A stretch of DNA of 55,789 nt, filler included, from Bipalium vagum (taxonomy: Eukaryota), in assembly GCA_037834085.1 (NCBI GenBank). It is 3 parts of 3 records of this genome, joined end to end, with 100 filler letters (N's around TTAATTAATTAA, not from the genome) between each part and the next. Parts side by side here need not be neighbours in the genome. Positions count along the whole stretch, not along the records: positions 1 to 18,990 come from JBBMKC010013813.1; positions 19,091 to 38,866 come from JBBMKC010264920.1; 1 more part is not named here. One strand, given 5' to 3'. The notes under the pieces are model-generated. The model searched no databases, was not told the origin of the DNA, and was given only the letters and a program-made list of their open reading frames with translations. Below, in pieces: positions 13,389 to 27,230 of this stretch. The translations under genes were made by a program, and so were the position numbers. Position 1 is the first letter of the stretch; every line of letters begins with the position of its first letter.

Positions 13389-14654
13389 CAGTCCCCGTCA
13401 AAAGTCTAAGTCCACCATCAAAAATTGAATTGATTTCATTATTTATCCATTGGCATGACATCAATTTAGATATAGGTATTTATGTAACTCTGACCTATAT
13501 AAATTTATTGGTTTTTCATTAATATTGCATAATTATCAATATTGTTCTTGTCAAATAAATACTTTTGTTTAAATAATGACTGAATTATATGCTGAAAAAA
13601 TGGATTAAATTTTGATTTTGCGCTACGAAGATTATTCACAGAGACAAATTGCGAAGAGAATGAATGTGTCAAGGGGAGCTGTTTGACGTTCAATTCAACG
13701 ATAATCATTCAGTCCAAGCAACGATGTGGAAGGCCAAAAGTAACAACGGTTCAAACTGATAGATTGATGCATCGGTTGTCCTGTACTCGGCCTTTTGCAC
13801 CAACAAGTGAAATTAGATCACAACTTCCTCCAGATGCACCAGTAAGTATGAACGTAAACCGCAAATGCCTAAACAAAGCTATGCTGAGAGAATCGCAGCC
13901 AATCAAGCTGCAACCGAAAGAAGAGGTAAAAAGATAAACATCATCCAATGCAGCGTTGTAGGGACCATAGTAAATAGTAGAGAAAAGAGCAATTACGCTT
14001 TTATCAAATTAGAAGACAATTCCACAATATTTTGTCACAAAACAGGTATTAACTGCAGGGTCCCTAACAGAAATATTGGATTCAAAGCTGGTCTCAAAGT
14101 CAGATATGACGTTGACAAAGGAAGAAACGGAAAGTACAAGGCTGTAAATATCTCGATGGATAACGAGCAAAACTTCGAAGACCATGTTGCCTTCAAGAAC
14201 GCAAAGGGAAACTTTATACCCTTTTCTCCAATGAAATTCACAACATACTTACAAAACAATAATCAGGTGAACGGAATCAACAATAGTATCATAGGGGAAG
14301 AAGGCCAACTTCTCGAATCGCTGGATGCCTCGAAGCAACAAATTTTGGTTCCTTCAACCAGCCAAATGAGCCAGGATCTATTCGCTGCTTCTACCTCAAC
14401 ACCAAGGAAAACACTCGGAGCATTTGGATTAAAAATAGCAAAAGTTAAATCAATTATGGAAAAATGTGCAGCCAGGACGATCATTATTACCCATAATATC
14501 TGGAAAAAATTCATAGTCAGAGCAGAGACAAACATTTTTAAAAAAAACTTCCCCGTGTCAATGACAACCACATCTTTGATTTGAAATAGATCACTGTTTT
14601 TGTTTTTTTTCCATTTCTGGACGACTTGGACAAGATTTTTTTTTATGGGGACTG
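13389..14654 (+). mobile_element. Non-autonomous Tc1-derived element with imperfect TIRs and TA target duplication, carrying a cold-shock-domain ORF
   Basis: Left end TA|CAGTCCCCGTCAAAAGTCTAAGTCCA. Right end on the reverse strand TA|CAGTCCCCATAAAAAAAAATCTTGTCCA. Tc1 paired-like HTH relic YSQRQIAKRMNVSRGAV...RCGRPKVTTVQTDRLMHRL...SEIRSQL at ~13620-13915. No DDE motifs found. Confidence 0.75.
13865..14584 (+). CDS. 239-aa intronless ORF with a divergent cold-shock (Y-box-like OB-fold) domain
   Basis: KKINIIQCSVVGTIV..NYAFIK..DNSTIFCHKTGI...G.KVRYDVDKGRNGKYKAVNIS aligns by eye with the Y-box CSD (KKVIA.KV.GTV, GYGFI, VFVHQTAI, GE.VEFDV..G.KG..A.NV). Expression unknown. Confidence 0.7.
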   Translation: MPKQSYAERIAANQAATERRGKKINIIQCSVVGTIVNSREKSNYAFIKLEDNSTIFCHKTGINCRVPNRNIGFKAGLKVRYDVDKGRNGKYKAVNISMDNEQNFEDHVAFKNAKGNFIPFSPMKFTTYLQNNNQVNGINNSIIGEEGQLLESLDASKQQILVPSTSQMSQDLFAASTSTPRKTLGAFGLKIAKVKSIMEKCAARTIIITHNIWKKFIVRAETNIFKKNFPVSMTTTSLI

Positions 14655-15327
14655 TACTACTGATCAAAAACCAGTAGTTGTTTTTAAACAAATATACCAG
14701 TTAATATTAAAAAAATAGCTAAAGCAAATTTATAGTGGAAATATTTCTTTTTTATTTATATTATTTAGATAAAAGACAAACTTGACCTGATCCATATCAA
14801 CTTACACAGATTTCAAATTTTAGTTTTGGTTTTCATTTTATTAGCGAGAAAATCAATAAACGCTACCTAAACTCAATCCTAACGTAAATCAATTTTTTTC
14901 ACTTTTTCACACGATTTCTCCTTTCAAACTATTTAAATATAACCCTATTATTCATTATTAAAGTCATATACATTGAAAAATTAATCTTAAGATCTTTGCC
15001 TGTGTAGGTTGTATCTTATCTGAACTAATTTTGATTAATGTTCATTAATTTTAAAAATAAATGTTCTATGAATAATTAAAAAAGGAGAGGTAATTAATAA
15101 ATCAAGACAAAAATAAATTCAGGTATATTTTTATTTATGTAAATATTAATATCCATAGATATTAAAAATAAAGCGATCCTTGAAACTTAAACGAAATAAA
15201 GGCATACATATAAAAATATATCAATATTACTAAATCAGTTCAGGGTACAATAAAATTTCTAAGATTAATTTATCAAATAATATCTAAATCACCAAGAATT
15301 ATTTCTTAAAATAAAATGTTAGTTAAT

Positions 15328-17300
<1,973 letters not shown>

Positions 17301-17359
17301 TTTGTTCTTGAATTTATTAGCAGTTTTGACAAATTAAAATAAAATGGCTACCGTAAATC

Positions 17360-17575
17360 AGTTCAATATAAATAGTTGGTCTAATATGTTTCCGTTGGTC
17401 ATCCAATCATTTTGTAGTGGAAAGGAAGCGAATGTGTTTTCCTCATTGATCAATGATCAGTGACTATGTGCATATTTCATCGATATATGAACCACGTGGA
17501 TTTTAATGTACGTGTGGCGTCCGTGTGACATACACACAATGATTGGAAGTTTTTCTCCCTCCTGCCTGATTGGTT
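17360..17575 (-). promoter_or_regulatory. Putative alpha-tubulin proximal promoter
   Basis: TATTTATA (minus strand) at ~17367-17374, several CCAAT/ATTGG boxes (~17403, ~17542, ~17568) and a CACGTG E-box (~17493) immediately upstream of the ATG. Confidence 0.4.
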
Positions 17576-18142
17576 TGTATTGAAATCGTTTAATTAATTG
17601 TGCCATGATCTGATTATTCACAAATCGATTTTTGTAACAATGAAAATCTGACCAATTTTTCTAGTTTGACTAAATCGAAAAAATTCTAAACATTTGACTT
17701 TGCATTGCAAAAGTTTATATTTCTCTGATTTTCTGTTGAAGATCATTTTTGTGATCATTACAAATTTAGACGAGTATCCTTATAGGTAGCACTTTCCAAT
17801 TAATTTGATAAAAATAAATTCAATTGAATAACTTGTAAGCAATTTTTTTTTAATGTTGGCTTTGCTGAGCCATAGTAATTTCATCATGAAGTGCCATTAA
17901 TATTTTCTTAACAGTATTTGGTCGCTTCGATTTCTAATATACGCTAATTGAGTTTGCAAATAAAATAAATTCCACTCTTAAATAGATTTTCTCTTTATTT
18001 CTATTTATTTCTCTTTATTTATTCATACTCTCCTTAAAAAATATTTCATCTTCTTTTTTTTCAAGTCATTTATGTCAGTAATCCATTTGAAACAATTTTA
18101 CCTTTTTTGATTATGTACCCATAAATAAGTTTCTTCATTATA

Positions 18143-18520
18143 TTATTAGGTCATTCCATAAATCGGGCGTTTTTCCTTATTTTTAAACTAAAAAAGCATT
18201 TTTTGATAAATTTTATTTAGTAAAATATTTTCCTTCGTTCTATACAATCTTTAAACAATGCAAACTTTCAATTTCTCTTCTGTAATATTCCTTTGGTTTC
18301 GACTCAAAGAACTCATTCAGTTCCGTTTTAAATCCATCTATGATATCCATAAATAATCTTCCAAATAGTTTTGTAGAGTCCAGATCAAATGATAGTAGGA
18401 AGTGGCTATGTTCGGTGAATGTTGGATAAGTCATTAATTCCCATTTTGTTTTCAGTTTCTCTTTAGAAGCCTTTGCAACATGCGAGCGTGCGTTTTCTTG
18501 ATGAAACAGAACCTTATGAA
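18143..18520 (-). mobile_element. Mariner C-terminal relic with TIR
   Basis: TIR-like TATTAGGTCATTCCATAA. Translations VLFHQENARSHVAKASKEKL and KTELNEFFESKPKEYYRREIESL. Confidence 0.75.
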
Positions 18521-18990
18521 CAGATACTTATGAACTAAAGTTGTGAATGGAAAACCTGAGCCAGATTTGGAATTTTGAATGAAAAGGCATTAAGTATAGT
18601 AAAATAAAATTTTGATATAATAGTATAAACAAAATTTGTTATCGCAGAAATAAATATTCGTGAAAATTTTGAATTATAAACAAAATTAAATATGGTAGGA
18701 TTTCAAGAAATTAAGTTAAAGAGAAACTAAAATTTTTAGAATTCCAGTTCAAAATCAAGACTCCATAAATGGTAAAACGTCTGATGGATTTGTTATTGTA
18801 AATATTGTAAATAAATATGAGGACATTTCCAAATATTGATTTAATGATCTCTGATCATTCAGATTAAGTTATACCAAAACTCGATTCTCACCTTTAAAAT
18901 AACACTCCAATACTTACTAGGTGTATGGTAACTTCTTAATTTATTACTTTCCTCAAATCTTTCTTGATGGATTCTGGTTCAAGAATAATA

Positions 18991-19090
18991 NNNNNNNNNN
19001 NNNNNNNNNNNNNNNNNNNNNNNNNNNNNNNNNNTTAATTAATTAANNNNNNNNNNNNNNNNNNNNNNNNNNNNNNNNNNNNNNNNNNNN
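18991..19090. other. Artificial assembly spacer 44N-TTAATTAATTAA-44N
   Basis: Exactly 100 bp with a palindromic six-frame stop core. Identical copy at 38867-38966. Confidence 0.9.
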
Positions 19091-20199
19091 CGATCTAATA
19101 ATAAAAACACTAGTAATCAAAATTAAATAAGTTATAATGAAAAATAATGACGAAACAAATAATAATAATAATAATAATATAATTAATAGTAATACTAATC
19201 TTAATAAAAATAAAGGTAATAATATTAAAATATAGCCATAATGAAAATAATAGTAGTAATAATAATAATAAATAAATAAAATTATTTTTATTATTATTAT
19301 AATAAAAAAAAATCAATAATCAAGCTGTAACGTGGCTGCTTTCAAAATGTGGAGACATGCATCAAAGAAGAACTTCGTAATCCCATTCTCGTGAAGCACT
19401 CACATTCGTTACCCTTTGGTCCAATAGGCGAAGAGAGTGGTGCATAATAACTGACTTGTTCATTTTTAAATTTTGGTGCAGCATATTATAATTGTTTACC
19501 AGTCCAGCCAAAGAAAGGACCCGGAACCCTTCTCAATTTTCAGAGCGTCGGACAAAGTATAATTTTCGTAAATATCACTTAAAATGAAATAATTTTGGAT
19601 ATTCGAAATATTTTCTTCGTCTCGATTTAGGATCCTAATGATTATTGATAGGGGGCAGACGCGAAACGGCAAGAGCCCATCTTCTAATTGTGAGGACGGG
19701 CGTGAGGCAATGTTGCCCCGAAACACTTAATCAAATAAGAATAACTCAAAGCGGCATCTTGAAGGAGACGAAGACTTAATTAATTTAGCGTCTCGGCCGC
19801 ACTTTGGGCAGCCAGGGCGAATGTGAGAGTGTATTTATTTTCCAAAACGATTTGAGTAAATAATCAAAAAATGAGGCAATTAATTTTTTGAACGGAAAAA
19901 AATATTTTTTTTGGGAAAAATTTCAAAAAAGTTGGCAGGGACGTTTTGTGGGTCTGTCTTGATTACGTGGTCCAGGAATAAGTAATGGCGTATTTTAATA
20001 TCGTATTTGTCGGTTTGTTTAAATAAAACGAAATTAATCGGCAATTATTTGAATTTATTTATAGATTTATAAAGACTGGATTGATCTTTAAATATTTATT
20101 GATTTTAGTCTAATATGTTTAAAATTTCTGGTTTAAAATTATCAATTTAAAATAGGTTTCTATTTAGCACTGCCTTCTCTTCCGGTTTCAGAGCAGTTA

Positions 20200-21100
20200 T
20201 CAAGCAACGGTCCCAATCAAGAACATTTGAACACTGGGTATCAATGCAGATTTGGATTAGATTAGTTCGCATGAGATCTTTTTAATATGGACAACAAACC
20301 AAGATCGGGAGCCTCAACTACCGTGGATGATGATGACCTGTTGCCAATAGACATTGAATCAAACCTTCGTCAAGTCACATATGAATTGACCGAGACTCGT
20401 GCTTGGGATCAAAATCATTTAAAAGTCATTAGGAAGGTCAGTAAACTGACTATTTGGCTCACGTACACATTGACAAAGGGGAATAGAATTCAAAGCAGGT
20501 GTGTTACACAACTCTCCTGATGACATAATCGTCCATTTTTTGATCGATTGACACCTTGAGATGAGACATGGATTCTCAACGTCAACAACAAAAAGAGATC
20601 TGCATTGGTTAAATCCTAAACAAGAATCCCTCTCCACTATTTAGTGGGATATCCATGACATTTTGTATTGGGAAATATTGAAAAATAAAGGTACTGTAAA
20701 TGCCGAACTCTATTCTCAACAATTGGAACGACTCAGTCAGAATGTCTGGTCTATTTTAAGAAACACAAAAGCTTTGATCCTGCAACATGACACTGCAAGA
20801 ACAACACAGTGCTGGATAGACTCGTGAAAAGAAACAAATGTATGGAAGGGAGATGTTGACACTTGCACCGTATTCTTCTGACATCGCTCTCCGTCGGATT
20901 ATTACGAATTTCGATCTGTTCAAAATTATTTGAAGACCGAACCGGAGTATGAATATGAAAATGTCACTCAGAAAAGCCATCTCGGCCGTTTTTCACTCAG
21001 GGAAAGCCGACTTTTATCGAAAAGACATTGATAAATGTCATTGAAAAACCCCTATCACAGAGGTGGTCACAGGTTGTTTCTTCCCGATGAAAAATATATC
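20200..21100 (+). mobile_element. Near-full-length decayed mariner transposase
   Basis: DNKPRSGASTTVDDDDLL, DETWIL, WDIHDILYWEIL...TVNAELYSQQLERL, ILQHDTAR and APYSSDIA..DYYEFRSVQNYL occur in order with frameshifts. Confidence 0.8.
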
Positions 21101-21499
21101 ATTGATAGACATTCAAAGACCTTCTTTTCGTTATTGATTTAAATATGTTACCACAAGACGAAATTAATACGCCTCCCTTGACTGAAAAAAAAGTGACATT
21201 GGGTCTTCTTTTTGTGTGAACGAACATTTTCTGGGGATTCTTCCAATTTTTTTGATCAGAAATACAGTTGGTGTTATCTAGCGCTACCATATCCACCGCT
21301 GTCAGACTTGTTCGTTTGTTGAGTTCCTGTTGAAATCGGTTCAGAGTAAATCTTATTAATCCATGGCACAGGAACAGATAAAAAACAAATCCGGATATTT
21401 TATCAACGAAAGCGCGATAATTTAAAAAGGTGCGGATAAAAGTGTTTCAAAGAAATGGCCTTTAGATTAGACAGGTTTCCCCCACTTTTCAGTTAATTT

Positions 21500-22330
21500 A
21501 CGGATACCCTTGCAAAACAACTTCTTTCGTTTCGATACGAACCATTCACAACATCTATTTTTGGAATCTTTGAAAGTTTTGAAGCTCTACTAAGGACGTT
21601 CAAGTGCCATCGACCAGAACAGATGGCAATTTGGACGAGCAAGATCTGATGAATTAGACTATGAGAGCGTACTTCCCAGGCTACCAGTTAACATGCTTTA
21701 AGTGCTCTAGAAATGTATAACGGTACGTTGTCATGGAGTGAAATTACTATGGCATGTCTGTTGGTGATTGCTCCTGTTAAGCAGTTAGGCATTGGTTCAG
21801 CTTGACTAATTGGTTTTTGGTTAAGCTCAGATTGAACAGTTTCACCTGATTGGAAAACCTTGTGGCACACCAAATCATTTTGTTCCCAGCAGAAGCTGAG
21901 TGTTTCCTAACCCGTCTGGTGTTGCAGTCTATTCTGAGGGTTTTGGAGGTTTGGGATTGTCAAATAAATCCATTCTACAGCTCTTGTCAAACATTGATTC
22001 AAGATAGACTCATTTCTGGAACCGTTGTAACAACATCTTACTTACTTCTTTCGGATTTTCAGTTGTCTTTCGTCTGATCGATAAGGCATGCATTTCGCTG
22101 ATTTAAAATCTTTCCCATACCGTGTAAAAGCGTGTAACAGCCTGTCTAATTCACCGGACCTCTCACCATCAGACTATCACGTGTTCAAAGAAATGAATAC
22201 TTTTCTGACCAATAAGATGCTTCATTGTGAAGGTATCGTTTCAAATATTACTGTTCGGTGTTTTGAGCCCAGAACACATAACTTCTGAGAAAATTGAATT
22301 CAAGTGGGACAGCCCGGCACATCAAAAGTG
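21500..22330. mobile_element. Jumbled mariner fragments on both strands
   Basis: Minus-strand VISLHDNVP (~21730-21750). Plus-strand SPDLSPSDYHVFKEMNTFL (~22150-22210). Confidence 0.6.
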
Positions 22331-24463
22331 TATTTTACCCAAATTTGCAATTTTTAGACAGTTATTCTGGTCGTGAGAATTATTTAGTAATAATAATTAA
22401 ATCACTTATCAACTGAGATCGTTTCAGTGAACACAGCCGCACATCGATGGTAAGGTTGAGACTCCTTGCCATGGTCAGTACGCAATTCTGAGCGGTGTGC
22501 TGACTATGACCAGAGCAAGCCCTTTCAGACCCTCAACAACCACCAAAACAACATCATCATCATCATCATCATCGTCGTCGCTATTTGCAAGCCAGTACAG
22601 TTGAGACGAGACTCATCAACTGAAGCCGGCCTACACTGCCATTCTCAATAGGTAACATGGACCAGAAATGCTTCTGTGAGCAATGATAACGCTCTGCGTT
22701 ATAACGCACAGAATCAAACGCAAAAAATTAACTTGTTTTAACGTCTCAAGTGTGAGATGTAAAAGATTAATTCCGCTTGATAAACAGCACTTTTTATTGT
22801 TCTACAATGAACAAGTCGTCAGGGCCGTTTAATTCATCTTTCATTTCAAAAGGTCAATTTGACGACCACTTTTCTCGCAACCCTTTTCCTGACATCCGTC
22901 AAAGACAAGATACCAACTGTGGCGGAAAGGTACACATGGCTTTACGTTCCGTCCGAACGCATTTTCATTGGTAAAATGATCGAATTTGAAAATTATTACA
23001 ACCATTACAAAATTTATTAATTATCTCAATTTCTATTGGACAAAAATTATTTTTTTATTTTTGTGCTAAACGATATTTTTTATGTTTTAATTTTATTTTT
23101 ACAATTTTTTTACATAAAAATAAATGTGAAAAATTTCAAAAAATTTTCCTAAATAAATTATTTTTTTTTAATATTTTTTTTTAATTATTAATTCTAAAAA
23201 AATGATTTTTACGTTTCAAATGAACCGTAAAAAATATTTTTCTAATTTAAAATTTTTATTATAGTAAAAATAATAATTATTATTATCATAATAATATCAC
23301 TTTATTTTAAAAATAATAATAAAAATATTATTTTATAATAATTTTAATTTTAATTTTTTTTTAAATTTATTTTTAAATTAAAATTATTATTAATATCTTA
23401 ATAATCTTTCAAATATTATTTATTTTTTATTAATATAATTAATAATAGTAATATAATAATAATTATAAAAATATAAATAATATAATAGTAATAAATAATT
23501 ATATTATTATTAATAATTATAAAAATAATANNNNNNNNNNNNNNNNNNNNNNNNNNNNNNNNNNNNNNNNNNNNNNNNNNNNNNNNNNNNNNNNNNNNNN
23601 NNNNNNNNNNNNNNNNNNNNNNNNNNNNNNNNNNNNNNNNNNNNNNNNNNNNNNNNNNNNNNNNNNNNNNNNNNNNNNNNNNNNNNNNNNNNNNNNNNNN
23701 NNNNNNNNNNNNNNNTTTTAATAATATTAATTTTTTAAATTTTATATTATTATATTTTATAATATTCTAATAATTATTATTATTTTATTAATATTATTAA
23801 TTAAATTAATTAAAAATAAGTAATATTTGAAAGGTTACAAAATCACTTTCATTTCTCTGAACATTTGCAACCCTGAACACTTTTAGTGCCGGGATTTTGA
23901 AGAACTGAAGGATGAGACCAACCAAGATCTTCTCGGCCTCCACCCCTGACTATGGATGAGGGCCGTCCAAAAATATCTGCGCTGAAACTGGACGGCTGCC
24001 AAAAAGAGACTTGACGATGTTGACTGTCCATCAGAAATGCAAATCATTCTATTTAAAGCCGAGGACGAGACCAACGACGACCCTTTTCCTCCTCGACTTG
24101 GCACGACCATTAATCAGAACGATGCCAACGTTTCCAGTTTGGAAAAGAAGACCATTTAAGTCTTGTCTTTGAGCGAGCCCTCATGACCGTCATGACAGTC
24201 ATGACCATCACCACCGTCGGCACCACCAGCACCATTGTCAATGTCATCATCATCATCATCATAACCAGCGTCATCGCTTGCTTAGCCCGTATGAATGACA
24301 CGAGATTTAGAGACTGGTCTCTGATTATGTATGCCTGAGGTCTGCACAGCTTCATAGCGTCGTCGTAAAAGGTCTGTTCACAAATAATGGTGAAGGTGGT
24401 GACGTTGTGACATACGCGTATCGATTGTATAGCGCAGACTAATTAGCATAGTCAGTTTATAAG

Positions 24464-25050
24464 GATTGTCACAAGGCGAACTGGTCAATCGTTACCAAGC
24501 CAAGCACAATCGTCTTTACCAGATCAATGTTTCTCTGGGCGCAACGAACCCATTGATGCTGCACGACAAGCTGACCCCGACCTTGGCCAGCAACAAGAAC
24601 CGCCACAGCTCACCACGGAAGTCGTACTCGGCCGAGACCGACGTTCTCTATCTCAAACCCATCTTCGATATCGCCGAAAACCAGGCGGCCGACAAAACGG
24701 ATGTTTTTACCAGACTGTATCGGACCCAGACCAAGTCGTCGCACATCCGGTTGCAGAACAGCAACGTCAAATCGACCGGAACCAGAAACCAGCCGAGAAA
24801 CGGATCCAAGTCCATGAGCAATTCCGACAATGGCAACCTGCCGAAAATCGACATCACCCACTCCAGCCCGAACCCTGTGACAACAAATCTCACGACCTAC
24901 TTCAACCCGTCGTCGGACTTTTTCGATAAGCTCCTACAGCCGTCAACGAAGGACAACGAAGACGACTCCACCGAGGACTCAGACTTCTCCAAACGGATCT
25001 GGAAGTGGTTGTCCGAGTCCGAAGATCACGTCAGTCGGCCGCTCAAATAG
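24464..25050 (+). CDS. Probable terminal exon of an unidentified gene (Ser/Thr/Asn-rich, 194 aa)
   Basis: Long ORF with GC-ending codon bias, preceded by a possible acceptor (tttataag|GA) and followed by AATAAA at ~25410. No family recognised. Confidence 0.55.
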
Positions 25051-26522
25051 CATAATAATAACGAAGGTCTGAAAGCTTCGTCAATTGCTCCGTCTCCATT
25101 TCATGTCTCCTGCCGCGACCGAAGATGTTCCCTGAACTGTACAATTGTCGGTTGTCTTCTCTGCCTACCCTTGTAATCAAGGAATGAAGATCGTTTTATG
25201 ATGACGCTATTATTGTAACGTAAAATTATTATCATTATTATTTGTAATTATAAATTTGGCTGATGCTCTCCTCATTGATGCTCAACGTATGTATAGCCGG
25301 CCCTGACCTTGACCTTGTCACCCTTCCGCTGTGTGACGACCTTTCTCCAGTTGACGTTGAGGACCTTCACTATCTGAAGCACTCTTCCGATGATCTTCAT
25401 ATTTATTAATAATAAAATAATGTCCATGAGAAATATCAACATTGGCCATTATTGATCCGGCCATTTTGCTGATAGGAAATATTATTTATTTATATTTTAG
25501 AACAATTATATTATATATAAACATAATAATAAAATATACGATTACAATTGTAAGTATGAGTTAAATTATAAGTATAAACATAATATTAAAATATAAATTA
25601 TTAAAAATATATAATAATAATAATAATCATATTGTTTATTAATAATTTATAATTATATTGATTGTTTTTAATTATTAATTAATAATAATATTAATTATTG
25701 ATGAATAATAATTATTAATTATATTGATTATTAATTAAAAATAATAGTCATTAATTATTAATAACAATTATTAATTATGAATTAATAATTATATTGATTA
25801 CTAGTAATTATTAATTGATAATATTGATTGATAATAAATATTAATTAATAATAATATTGATTATTAATAAAAGAATACTTTTATTTAATAATTGATTTTG
25901 TTTATTAAATATAATTAAATAGAAAAATAATAATTTTATTCAGGAAAGTATTGATTATCAATAAATAAATAACATTTGTCGACTTTATTTAATGTTCAAG
26001 GTCATTGTCGTTAACCTCTGCAAAATTTCATCCTGATAAATATTTTCTCATTTTACAGCCCATGGAATGGTTGAAAGTCTGTTGGGGTAATGTCTGAACG
26101 ATATGGTGGACGTTCCTCGTCAAGTTTCATAAACTTATCTCTGGTAGTCATTGGTGCGATGGTTTCGGATGTTATTGTGTTGGAATATAATACCTTTCCT
26201 CTTAGTTAGTACAGGACGTGTGTTATTAATTTTGATGTAAACGGGACAACCGAGAACAAGAACCATAAACAGTAATAATTTCATCTTTAGAAAGTAGCTC
26301 ATAATGAAAGGGGACCTTCCCTGTCTCTCCAGATGCATAATATTCACTTCTGAAACAGACGGTAACGCTTGAAAGGTAGATAATAAGTCTGATTGTATAC
26401 CACAGGACTGTGTGCCATCGCTCTCTGCATCATGTTTTTAAGTCGTGCTCAAAATGAACACGTGATGCACATGCACACAGACAGACACACACAGTTGCTA
26501 ATAAAAGAAATAAATGTGAAAT

Positions 26523-27230
26523 ATGCGAAGGCTGTTTGAAAAGTTTCTAAGCGATAGGGTGAATTTAACATAAAACCAAAGACGGGGGAAGACTTCTTTA
26601 TAATATCATTTCCCTGAGTAAATTCCTTTGTTTAAATTAAGTTTTTAAGTTGACTTGAGAGCGGCACTAATTGTAAAAGGTTCAAAATTGAATATCGATG
26701 GATCATCAAAGTCTTTATTCGGGAAGAATTATCCACAACAGAAATCAACACAAAGATGGTCAAAGTATTAAAAGAAGATGCCTTTCTTCTTCTTCAACTG
26801 CTCGCAAACGGGCCTTGCAGTTTCAACGTTATTAAATGGTATCACTCACAGTGGACACCAAACAGCTGCGAAAACACCACAAATCGTTCAAGACATCCAT
26901 GATATGGTTTTGGATGACAGACAGATAAAGTTGAGACAAATAGGTTCTGCCGCAGGCATTTCAGTTGAATGACCTTGGTATATTCTGCATGAAAATTTAA
27001 AGATGAAAAAGTATTGCGCAAGATGGGTGCCGCATCTTGTAAAAATCAATTTTTTCAATCATTTCTGAATTGATTTAATGATAACAGACAGGTTTCATGT
27101 GCCGTTCAGTTGCTATGAATGAAACCTGGATCTACCAGCACTCTCCAGAGACAAAAGCTCAATCCAACTGGTTCAAAGGGAATCTGGTTCGAATTCACCA
27201 AAGATGCCAAGATTAGTAAAAAAGACAGCT
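26523..27230 (+). mobile_element. 5' half of a mariner (Himar1/irritans-like)
   Basis: TIR-like TATGCGAAGGCTGTTTGAAAAGT. Translations EYRWIIKVF, TPQIVQDIHDMVLDDRQIKLRQI, ILHENLKMKKYCARWVPHL (WVPHEL motif) and NETWIYQHSPETKAQS. Confidence 0.8.

Noticed and set aside
14290-14450. Alternative frame with IRCFY suggesting a Lin28-like zinc knuckle after the CSD
   Set aside because: The remaining CCHC residues are absent and it is out of frame.
14263-14691. 142-aa hydrophobic minus-strand ORF
   Set aside because: Antisense shadow of the A-rich CSD ORF; it crosses the TIR and has no independent support.
19110-19316. Hydrophobic I/L/F-rich ORF (similar cases at 28420-28632 and 51444-51713)
   Set aside because: Low-complexity AT-rich sequence or antisense of Lys-rich TE sequence.
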